Source: Singulisphaera sp. GP187 (GTDB lineage Bacteria > Planctomycetota > Phycisphaerae > Phycisphaerales > SM1A02). From it: a DNA stretch of 56,810 nt. Position numbers and translations under genes: made by a program. Positions 35,591 through 43,357 of the stretch are shown piece by piece. The stretch spans positions 1 to 56,810 of the forward strand of contig CAMDAQ010000001.1 in the NCBI GenBank assembly GCA_945888705.1, written 5' to 3'. The notes beneath the pieces are model-generated. The model had not been told where the DNA came from. It did not search any database and was given only the letters and a program-made list of their open reading frames with translations. Positions within the stretch are counted from its first letter, which is position 1. The number at the start of each line of letters is the position of its first letter.

Positions 35591-36488
35591 ACTCCTCGAA
35601 TCGGTCAATGCCGAGCGCGCCGGCCACGAGCCCAACCGCCTTGGCCGCGTCGAGCGCCGGATGCATCGTCGCTGCGGCGACATGCCCTCGCAGCGTGCTC
35701 ATGACGGCACGGGCCACGCCGCGAGCGAGGTAGCGCAGCGCCATGCCGATGCATCCGAGTCGTGATGCTGCGTGCAGGTCGAGCATGATCCACGCGTTCG
35801 TCGCGCCGACGCGGTAGGCGCGCTGCAGGGCCCACCGGCGCGTCATCCGAGATCGCGGATAGTGCTCGAACGTGATCGCCCGGGCACACCAACGGATGCG
35901 ATGGCCATCGCGCGCAAGCCTTCGGAAGAGGTGCGTGTCGCTGCCGCCGGTCTTGAGTAGGCGGTCGTCGAACCGGCACGCCGGATCCGCGACCACGCCA
36001 TGACGCAGCGCCACGTTGTTGGTGTAGGCCTCCTGCAACCGGGTCCCGTCGGGATGATCGGGCTGTTCGTAGCACCGGGTCTGGAGCGCCCACGCGGGGA
36101 CGGGATCCGGCAGCACGGGTCGCGCAGGGCCTGTCAGGATGTCGGCTTCACCACGGGAGGCGGCGTGTGCCAAGGCGCTGAGCCATGAGGGATCGACGGT
36201 CTCGTCATCGTCGACGAACGCGATCCAGTCCGGGTGCGGTTCGAGCCTTCGAGCTTCGTCCAGCGCGCGGTTGCGGGCGAAGGGAATGCCCGCCCGCGTT
36301 TCGAGCACGTGGGTGCACGGCCATCGGCTTGCCGGCATGGGCGAACGGCTGTCGTCGTTCTCGACCACGATGATGGAGAGTGCGTGGGGAGCGGCTCCGT
36401 CGGTCGCGACCAGGCGGTCGAGCGATGCGAAGAGCCGCGCGAGCCCGTCAGGCCTGCGTTTCGTGATGACAGCGACAGCGAATCGCAT
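35568..36488 (-). CDS. GT2 glycosyltransferase (tandem paralogue B)
   Basis: MRFAVAVITKRRPDGLARLFASL...IVVENDD...FARNRALDEAR...IAFVDDDET...TNNVAL...GSDTHLFRRLARDGHRIRW. Colinear with paralogue A. Confidence 0.85.
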   Translation of the reverse strand: MRFAVAVITKRRPDGLARLFASLDRLVATDGAAPHALSIIVVENDDSRSPMPASRWPCTHVLETRAGIPFARNRALDEARRLEPHPDWIAFVDDDETVDPSWLSALAHAASRGEADILTGPARPVLPDPVPAWALQTRCYEQPDHPDGTRLQEAYTNNVALRHGVVADPACRFDDRLLKTGGSDTHLFRRLARDGHRIRWCARAITFEHYPRSRMTRRWALQRAYRVGATNAWIMLDLHAASRLGCIGMALRYLARGVARAVMSTLRGHVAAATMHPALDAAKAVGLVAGALGIDRFEEYATHHGT

Positions 36489-36554
36489 GGCGTGCGATCG
36501 AGTCTAGCGGTGGGTGCCTCGCCGCGGAGATCGAAGCACCGTACGCTCGTGCTC

Positions 36555-37673
36555 ATGCCGACGCTGGACACGGCCATCGACACACCGAGCACCGTCGCCG
36601 AGGGAGTCTCCGTTGTCGTACCGACCTGCAACCGCCGCGAGCAGATCGTGCGGTGTGTTCGCTCGCTTCTGAAGCAGACCTCGCCGCCGGGCGAGATCAT
36701 CGTGGTCGATGATGGCTCGACCGATGGCAGTGCCGACGCCATCCGTGCGCTGGCGGTCGACGCCGGGGCGACGCACCTCCGGGTGATCTGCAACGACCGC
36801 ACGCTTGGGGCCAACGCGAGCCGCAACGTCGGCACTCGGGTTGCTGCGGGTGCCCTCGTGGCCTTCCTCGACTCCGATTGCGTCGCCGATGCGCGGTGGA
36901 TCGAGCGCCTCCGTGCATCGTTCGTGGATCCCTTGGTTGGTGCCGCGTCTGGGCTCGTCGAGGACACGTGCCGATCAACCGCCTGGGAGCGGGCCTTCGC
37001 TGGCACGCACCGCTTGCCGCGACGCGGCCCCGTCCGCCGGTTCACGTCGTGCAACCTGATGGTCCGTCGATGCATCCTCACGGCCCATCGGTGGGAGGAA
37101 GACTTCTCCGATGCCACTCGCGCCGGCCGGCGTCCGGACACCGGGTTTTCCGGGCGTTGCGATGAGGAGGGGCTCTATCTGGCGATCAGGGCAGCGGGGT
37201 GGACCGTCGTGGCCGAGCCCTCGGCCATGCTGGACCACGAGCACCCGTACGGTTGGCGCAGCTTCCGTCGGCAGGCGTGGCATGGTGGCCGAGCGGCGGC
37301 CGAGTTGGTCTGGAAGTTCCGTCTGCACGATCGTCTCGATGTCGCACCATTCGTGCTCGCGGCACTGCTGCTGGTCATCTCGATATTGGTCGCAGCCTGC
37401 ATCGATGCTCCCTGGCGGTGGTTGCTGCCGCTCGTCGCGCTTGCGCCGTTCGCGGCCGGTTGCGCTGCAGTCGCTTGGAACGAGATCGCCAACAAGGGCA
37501 AGTCTCCCGGTGGCTTGATCGCTGCGATCCCGGCGCTGTCGGCGTACTACGCGCTGCGCAGTATTGGCTACGCGCTCCGCCGCGTGGAGTTGTTCCTGGG
37601 GATCAGACCTTTGTCGCGCATCGAGCCTGGCTCGCTCGGTCGGTCGATGCCCCGCCCTAGAGCGACTCCATGA
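36555..37673 (+). CDS. GT2 glycosyltransferase with C-terminal membrane segments
   Basis: Start at MPTLDTA (the ORF-track ORF begins earlier, inside the divergent gene). VSVVVPTCNRREQIVRCVRSL...IVVDDGSTDGS...SRNVG...VAFLDSDC. Hydrophobic C-terminus: VAPFVLAALLLVISILVAACI... Confidence 0.85.
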   Translation: MPTLDTAIDTPSTVAEGVSVVVPTCNRREQIVRCVRSLLKQTSPPGEIIVVDDGSTDGSADAIRALAVDAGATHLRVICNDRTLGANASRNVGTRVAAGALVAFLDSDCVADARWIERLRASFVDPLVGAASGLVEDTCRSTAWERAFAGTHRLPRRGPVRRFTSCNLMVRRCILTAHRWEEDFSDATRAGRRPDTGFSGRCDEEGLYLAIRAAGWTVVAEPSAMLDHEHPYGWRSFRRQAWHGGRAAAELVWKFRLHDRLDVAPFVLAALLLVISILVAACIDAPWRWLLPLVALAPFAAGCAAVAWNEIANKGKSPGGLIAAIPALSAYYALRSIGYALRRVELFLGIRPLSRIEPGSLGRSMPRPRATP

Positions 37674-38899
37674 CGGCATTCCGAATGTTGCTGGTGACTG
37701 GTGGATTCCCGCTGCGCAGCGAGACCTTCATCCGTGATCATGTCGCCGGGCTGCTCGAGGCGGGCGTCGACCTCACCATCCTCTCGCTGCACGCGGGCGA
37801 CGACTCGACGTGGGTCGCTGACGAGGAGCGCCTCGGTGTCCCGAGTCGCATCAGGCGTGCTCGGATCGATTCGCCCCTCCTGCAACGAATCATCGGGCTT
37901 CCCTGGCGTTGGGCCGCGCACGCTTGCCGATCGCCAGCGATTGCCTGTCGGTTGTGCTCTCCATCGCAAGGGTGGAGAGGTCCCTCCGGCGTGCTGCTCG
38001 AGGCAGCATCGGCGCTGGGTGCACGCGGACTCCCGCATGCGTATGACCGCATCCACGCGGAGTTCGGCCCAAGCGGCGTGGTCGCGGCGAAACTTCGGCG
38101 CGCCGGGTGCATCACGGGTCCGCTGTCGTGTGCCTTCTACGGCTACGACGCAACCCGCGCCATCATGCAGTCGGGACCGGGTTTCTACAGCGAGCTCTTC
38201 GAGGACGCGGACATGCTCTTGCCGAACTCGGAGTTCCTGGCATCGACGCTGAAGGCCGCTGGCGCGCCCGCGCGCAAGGTCATCGTGCATCGACTCGGTG
38301 TCGAAACCTCGCGGTTTCGACCTGTCGGCGGTCGATCAGCAGGCGCGGGGCCTTGGCATGCCACCGCGATCGGACGCTTCGTCCCCAAGAAGGGTTTCGG
38401 TACGCTCCTGCGCGCGCTTGCACTCGCGGGTCCGTCCGCGCCGACGCTCACGCTCATCGGTGATGGTCCACTCGGCCCCGAGTTGCGAGCGCTCGCCACG
38501 GCGCTCGGCGTCGCTGAGCGCGTGCGCTTTGCGGGCTGGCTGTCACGCGACGCGGTGTTGGCGGAGTTGGGGGCCTCCGACGCCCTGATCGCGCCGAGCG
38601 AGACGGCGGAGGATGGCGACGTCGAGGGCATGCCGGTCGTCGTGATCGAAGCGATGGCGTGCGGCCTTCCCGTCATCGGCACGGACCACAGCGGGATTCC
38701 CGAGATCGTGCGTGACGGCGTGAATGGACTCATCGTGGCGGAGCGCGATCCCGCAGCGCTCGCGGTCGCGATGGAGCGCATGGCGGATCCGCTCCTGCGA
38801 CACTCGTTCGGCAGACGGTCACGAGAGATCGCCGGAATGGAACTCGACCACGTTGCCCTCATGGGCCGCTTGCTTTGCATGCTGCGCGGGCAGCGGTAG
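37670..38899 (+). CDS. GT4 glycosyltransferase (Glycos_transf_1, WcaL-like)
   Basis: ATGA overlap. C-terminal E..EGMPVVVIEAMACGLPVIGTDHSGIPEIVRDGVNGLIV is the classic GT-B retaining (EX7E-type) region. Confidence 0.9.
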   Translation: MTAFRMLLVTGGFPLRSETFIRDHVAGLLEAGVDLTILSLHAGDDSTWVADEERLGVPSRIRRARIDSPLLQRIIGLPWRWAAHACRSPAIACRLCSPSQGWRGPSGVLLEAASALGARGLPHAYDRIHAEFGPSGVVAAKLRRAGCITGPLSCAFYGYDATRAIMQSGPGFYSELFEDADMLLPNSEFLASTLKAAGAPARKVIVHRLGVETSRFRPVGGRSAGAGPWHATAIGRFVPKKGFGTLLRALALAGPSAPTLTLIGDGPLGPELRALATALGVAERVRFAGWLSRDAVLAELGASDALIAPSETAEDGDVEGMPVVVIEAMACGLPVIGTDHSGIPEIVRDGVNGLIVAERDPAALAVAMERMADPLLRHSFGRRSREIAGMELDHVALMGRLLCMLRGQR

Positions 38900-38912
38900 G
38901 CTCCTGACCGCC

Positions 38913-39812
38913 ATGGGCATCGCGTTCAAGCGTCACTTTCGCGAGTTCAGTCGCTTCCTGCGCACGGAACGTCGGAGCTTTGGGAATCGTCGCGTGCCCG
39001 GCCCGTGGGTTCCCGGGAGCCAACACCCCGAATCGCTGCTGCTGGTCACGCTCGATTCGTGCCGATGGGACACCTTCGATCGTGTGCCGACCCCCAACAT
39101 CGATGCGGTGGGCACGCCACACCGCGTCATGGCACCGTCCTACTTCACCTTCGCATCGCACGCAGCCATGTTCGTCGGCTTCACGCCCGGCGATGGACTG
39201 CGTTCGGAAGCGATCGTGAATCCGAAGTACGGCAAGCTCGTCCGGCTCGACGGGGGTGGGACGCGGTCGCTGGGACGGGATCGGTTCGTGCTCGAGGGTC
39301 GCTCGATCATCGATGGCTTCAATCGTCGCGGGTACATCACCGCGGGCACGGGTGCCGTCAAGTGGTTCGATGACGGTTCGCTTGCTGGAGCCACCCTCGT
39401 GCGCGACTTTCAGCACTATCGGTATGCGGCTAACTGCTGGTCCCTCGGTCGGCAACTCGAGTTCCTCGCCGACAAGGTGGGGGGGGCGCGCCAGCCGGTC
39501 TTCTGTTTCCTCAACGTCGGAGAGACGCACGTGCCGTATTGGCATGAGGGTGCGCCGTGGGATCGCACGAGGGTGCCGTGCCGTGCCTTCGCGGAAACGA
39601 ACGACCGCGAGGAGAGCGCTCGCCGGCAGGGCGAATGCCTGGCGTTCGTCGATCGCACGCTCGGCCCGCTGCTGCAGGCCTTTTCCGCCTCCAACATCAT
39701 GGTGTGCGGGGACCACGGCGATGTCTGGGGCGAGGACGGCGTCTGGGAGCACGGCTTCCATCACCCCAAGGTGATGGAGGTTCCGATGGCATTTCGGCTG
39801 TCGGCGAGCTGA
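38913..39812 (+). CDS. Alkaline-phosphatase-superfamily (sulfatase-like) metalloenzyme, soluble
   Basis: Start at MGIAFKRHF. LLLVTLDSCRWDTF resembles the N-terminal metal/nucleophile motif. MVCGDHGDVWGEDGVWEHGFHH resembles the C-terminal GDHG...H.. motif of sulfatases and phosphotransferases. No TM segment. Confidence 0.55.
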   Translation: MGIAFKRHFREFSRFLRTERRSFGNRRVPGPWVPGSQHPESLLLVTLDSCRWDTFDRVPTPNIDAVGTPHRVMAPSYFTFASHAAMFVGFTPGDGLRSEAIVNPKYGKLVRLDGGGTRSLGRDRFVLEGRSIIDGFNRRGYITAGTGAVKWFDDGSLAGATLVRDFQHYRYAANCWSLGRQLEFLADKVGGARQPVFCFLNVGETHVPYWHEGAPWDRTRVPCRAFAETNDREESARRQGECLAFVDRTLGPLLQAFSASNIMVCGDHGDVWGEDGVWEHGFHHPKVMEVPMAFRLSAS

Positions 39813-39823
39813 TTTCCGGAAAT
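39812..39823. promoter_or_regulatory. Perfect 12-bp palindrome ATTTCCGGAAAT upstream of the PA14 gene
   Basis: It begins at the last base of the upstream stop codon and ends 69 nt before the ATG at 39892. It is flanked by related direct repeats: atttcggctgtcggcgagctga (39791-39812) and atttcgcttgcggctgtcgaggctga (39822-39847). Confidence 0.4.
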
Positions 39824-39891
39824 TTCGCTTGCGGCTGTCGAGGCTGAGGCAACACTCCAAGGCCTCTCCGAAACTCAAGGAACCCCCAGAC

Positions 39892-41994
39892 ATGCTTCGT
39901 ACCTGCCTTGCCGTCCTGTGTGTTGCCCTCTTCGGGCTGGTTCCAACCGCCATCGCCCAGGATTGCAACGGCGACGGGCTTCCCGAGTCGCAGCAGATCG
40001 GCGTGCAGGGCCTGACCGCGCAGTACTTCGCCAACCGCACGTGGAGCGGCCCCCCGGCAGCCGTGCAGGTTGATCTCACAGGCTCGGGCGGATTCGACCT
40101 CTCCGATTGGCCCCTGCCAGCCGGTGTGCCGCAGGATCTCTTCAGCGTGCGATGGACGGGCTCGATCAACTTCAGCACGACAGGTCTCTTCCAGTTCCGG
40201 GTGTCCTCTGACGACGGATACCGCCTCTACCTCGATGGCGTGCTCATCGGGGCATCAGAGGGCAACACCGGGAACCAGGTGGTCCCGGCAGTTCCGATCA
40301 ACGTCACCGCGGGTGCCCATTACCTGAGGGTGGAGCTTCGCGAGGACTTCGGCGAACAGAGGATGCGACTCGAACGCAAGCAGTCCACGGCCACCACGTG
40401 GAACGTCATCGCCAACAGCAATTTCCTCGCTGGGGCTGACCGGGATGCCAATGGAACGCTTGACGTGTGCCAGTTCGGCGACTGCAACGCGAATTTCGTG
40501 CCTGACTCTGTCGACATCGCCAACGCGCCGTCGATCGACTGCAATGGCAATGGCGTTCTGGATACCTGCGAGGCTCCGTCAAACGACTGCGATGGCAACG
40601 GCATTCCCGAGTCGTGCGAGACCACTGGCGGTGGCCTGGCGGGCTTTTACTTCGCGACGCCTGACTTCACGGGGCCGGTCACGGCGCGTCGTCGTGATGC
40701 GATGGGCCCACTCGGACTCGACTTCAACGTCACCCAAGAAGGCTACAACGATTGGCAGCCCGCAGGCATTCCCACGGACAACTTCTCCGCGCGGTGGGTC
40801 GGCAGCCTGATTGTCCCAGCCTCGGGCCAGTACGACTTCGAGCTTCGCTCGGACGACGTCGGCGAACTTGTCATCGATGGCGTCCCGCTCGCAGCGACCA
40901 ACAACAGCACCGAGGAGCGCGGGCCGTTCTTCCTCTCGGCCGGGCCGCACTTCTTCACCGTGTCCTTCCGTGAGTTCGGCGGCGACCAGCGGGTGCGGGT
41001 TCGATGGCGTGTCTCTGGGCAGTCGAGCTGGCAGCCGATTCCCGGGAGTGCCTTCATCCCCCGGTACGACGGCGACGCCGATGGCCTCAACGACGCCTGC
41101 GAGTCTGGAGACTGCAACGGAAACCAGATGCCTGACGGCCTCGAGCTCTCGCTCGGGCTGGCCAACGACTGCGATGGTGATGGCACGCTCGATGCGTGCG
41201 AGGTCGCGTCGGGTGCACCCGATTGCAACGACAATCTCGTTCCTGATGCGTGCGAAGCCTCGGTCAGCGGTCTGTTTGGCCGCTACTTCGTCCGACTCGG
41301 TTCGAGCAATCCCGCGAATCCGTACCAGCCGGGCCAGCTGTTGGCGGCGCGCCGGGATTCCAACGTCGCATTCTCCAACTCCTTCTGGATGCCCACAGGC
41401 GTCCCCTATGACGAGTTCATCGTCGTATGGACGGGCTCGATCACCGCTGGTTCGGAGTCCGGTGTCTGGTCGTTCCGCACGGACTCCGATGATGGAGCGC
41501 GCTTGACCATCGACGGTACGACCGTGATCGATGGCTGGCTGGGCGACTCCGGCATCCGAACCGGATCCATCACCTTGCAGGCGGGCGAGACCTACGACCT
41601 CAAGCTCGAGTACCACGACGGCATCGGGGGGCAGTACTGCGTCCTGGGGTGGTCGCCGCCATCGGCGAGTGGCGCCCCCGTCTACACCGCGGTCCCATCG
41701 ACAGCGCTGCGCGTGGCCACGCCTGACTGCAATGCCAACGGCATCCCCGACGATTGCGACATCGCATCGGGTTCGCTGCCGGATCCCGGGTTCGGCATCC
41801 CTGCGCCCTGCGCTGCCGGCCCGGCCTGCCCGGCAGACCTCACCTCCGACGGCGTGATCGACGGCGCGGACCTTGGCTCGCTGCTCACGCAGTGGGGATG
41901 CGCGTCGGCGTGCAGCGCCGACCTCGATGCGAGCGGGACGGTCGACGGTGCTGACCTCGGCGTCATGCTCACGTCGTGGGGTTCGTGCCCGTGA
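39892..41994 (+). CDS. Secreted protein with three PA14 domains separated by Cys-bracketed Ca-loop repeats, C-terminal double dockerin-like module
   Basis: Signal peptide MLRTCLAVLCVALFGLVPTAIA. PA14 hallmarks occur three times (GLTAQYF...FSVRWTGSI...SDDGYRLYLDG; GLAGFYF...FSARWVGSL...SDDVGELVIDG; GLFGRYF...FIVVWTGSI...SDDGARLTIDG). Linkers are of the type DCNGNGVLDTCE. The tail is CPADLTSDGVIDGADLGSLLTQWG...DLDASGTVDGADLGVMLTSWGSCP. Confidence 0.9.
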   Translation: MLRTCLAVLCVALFGLVPTAIAQDCNGDGLPESQQIGVQGLTAQYFANRTWSGPPAAVQVDLTGSGGFDLSDWPLPAGVPQDLFSVRWTGSINFSTTGLFQFRVSSDDGYRLYLDGVLIGASEGNTGNQVVPAVPINVTAGAHYLRVELREDFGEQRMRLERKQSTATTWNVIANSNFLAGADRDANGTLDVCQFGDCNANFVPDSVDIANAPSIDCNGNGVLDTCEAPSNDCDGNGIPESCETTGGGLAGFYFATPDFTGPVTARRRDAMGPLGLDFNVTQEGYNDWQPAGIPTDNFSARWVGSLIVPASGQYDFELRSDDVGELVIDGVPLAATNNSTEERGPFFLSAGPHFFTVSFREFGGDQRVRVRWRVSGQSSWQPIPGSAFIPRYDGDADGLNDACESGDCNGNQMPDGLELSLGLANDCDGDGTLDACEVASGAPDCNDNLVPDACEASVSGLFGRYFVRLGSSNPANPYQPGQLLAARRDSNVAFSNSFWMPTGVPYDEFIVVWTGSITAGSESGVWSFRTDSDDGARLTIDGTTVIDGWLGDSGIRTGSITLQAGETYDLKLEYHDGIGGQYCVLGWSPPSASGAPVYTAVPSTALRVATPDCNANGIPDDCDIASGSLPDPGFGIPAPCAAGPACPADLTSDGVIDGADLGSLLTQWGCASACSADLDASGTVDGADLGVMLTSWGSCP

Positions 41995-42031
41995 GCGACC
42001 GAGGTTCATCGCTTGCCGGTACGATCCTGCC

Positions 42032-43249
42032 ATGAGCCGCCCCCGCGCAGCCCATGAAGCCTCCGGTGCAGCTCCGGTCAGGATCGCGCTGCTTGAACTC
42101 AAGTCCGCGATGCAGGAACTGCTGAGCGCGGTGCCGGGGCTCGCGGGATTCCGGCCGGTCGATATCGAGAGTGCACTCGGGATCGATCTGAAGCTCGCCT
42201 GGAAGGTGTCGCATCTCGCGCATGCCGGCGATCCGTTCGATGCGGTTCGGCATCTGCCGGGTGATCTGGCTGGATCGATCGTCGCCGAGGCGGCTCGGCA
42301 GCGGGGCGTGCCTGCGGCCCGGATCGCAGCCATGCGAAAGGCCCTCGCGATCGTGCAGGAACTCGGGACGGCATGGGCCGGCAGCAAACGCGCCTTCGTC
42401 CTGCTCAGTGCCAACTTGGCCACTGCGGAGGACGGACGTTTCGCGCTGGAGCGCCGCAAGGAACTCTTCCATGGCGGCATGCATGTCTGGGGCATGCGTG
42501 CGTCCAGCTCCTTCCGTGTCGACATCCTGCATCCAGCGACCGGCGGTCGCTTGATCGATTGCCTGACGGTGCGTGGATTCGTGGACCTTGAGCGCCTTCG
42601 GTTCGATGCCGCCTGGCGGCTCGATGGGCCTATGGTGGTCGACGATCGCGGCCGTTCGAGCTCGCGATCGATCGTGGAGGCTCCGAAGGGCGTGAAGGGG
42701 GAACGATCTCCGTTCCTCGTTCCTGAGCTGTGCAGCGGGACCATGACTATCCTCGATCGAGTCGCCGGTGGTCACGCTCTCCACCTCGCCACTGGTGAAG
42801 TCGGACGCGCCAGCTCCATGACCGTCGTCCACGCCGCGATCGTTCGCCGCGTGCAGCCGCGAGGGCCAAGCAAGGACTATTCAGGCATCTTCCAGGTGTT
42901 CCGCCTCCGCACACCCAGCGAGTCCCAGGAATTCGTGGTTGGCGTGCACCGGAGCCTGGTACCCGTCGGCGTGCAGCCGGATGCGGTCGTCTACGGCGAT
43001 CTCTACGGGGCACCGGAGCGCCGTGTGCCATACCACCTCGGTGACCGGCTCCAATGCAGCGCGAGCGTCGAACAGATTGCTCCGCGGCTGAAACTCCGGG
43101 TCGTGGGGGTGCCCAACTTGGAGGGATGGGTTGGCGACCAGTTGTCAGCGCTGGGCTGGCCCCGCGGCGACCTGCTCTGGTTCAAGGCCACGGTGAGCTT
43201 TCCGCCGGTGCCGAGCACGCTCGTGGTCCAGATGCCGCAGGCCGAGTGA
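42032..43249 (+). CDS. Hypothetical cytoplasmic protein (405 aa), possible N-terminal helix-turn-helix
   Basis: Start at MSRPRAAHE, an ATG 37 nt after the PA14 gene stop. No signal peptide or TM segment. The segment RPVDIESALGIDLKLAWKVSHLA has an HTH-like hydrophobic pattern. No family recognised. Codon bias is like the neighbours. Confidence 0.6.
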   Translation: MSRPRAAHEASGAAPVRIALLELKSAMQELLSAVPGLAGFRPVDIESALGIDLKLAWKVSHLAHAGDPFDAVRHLPGDLAGSIVAEAARQRGVPAARIAAMRKALAIVQELGTAWAGSKRAFVLLSANLATAEDGRFALERRKELFHGGMHVWGMRASSSFRVDILHPATGGRLIDCLTVRGFVDLERLRFDAAWRLDGPMVVDDRGRSSSRSIVEAPKGVKGERSPFLVPELCSGTMTILDRVAGGHALHLATGEVGRASSMTVVHAAIVRRVQPRGPSKDYSGIFQVFRLRTPSESQEFVVGVHRSLVPVGVQPDAVVYGDLYGAPERRVPYHLGDRLQCSASVEQIAPRLKLRVVGVPNLEGWVGDQLSALGWPRGDLLWFKATVSFPPVPSTLVVQMPQAE

Positions 43250-43276
43250 GCCAGGGTCAACAGCGTCAAGTTTGCT

Positions 43277-43290
43277 GTTTTCCGGAAAAC
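43277..43290. promoter_or_regulatory. Perfect 14-bp palindrome GTTTTCCGGAAAAC upstream of the 1215-aa gene
   Basis: Located 28 nt after the stop at 43249 and ending 68 nt before the ATG at 43358. It has the same TTTCCGGAAA core as the sites at 39812 and 22431. Confidence 0.4.
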
Positions 43291-43357
43291 CGGTTCACGA
43301 GCGCCTGACTTTCGGACATAGTTCACCTGCGGGACAGCCTCATCCCGCACCCCACCC

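Noticed and set aside
39818-39832. Sigma-54 type promoter overlapping the palindrome (GG...GC in ccGGaaatttcgcttGCgg)
   Set aside because: The GG-to-GC spacing is 11 nt, not the canonical 10. The flanking bases do not match TGGCAC/TTGCW. The other palindrome copies lack a corresponding -12 element.
40579-42744. 721-aa minus-strand ORF
   Set aside because: Antisense to the PA14 gene and the orphan gene. No signal peptide or motifs.
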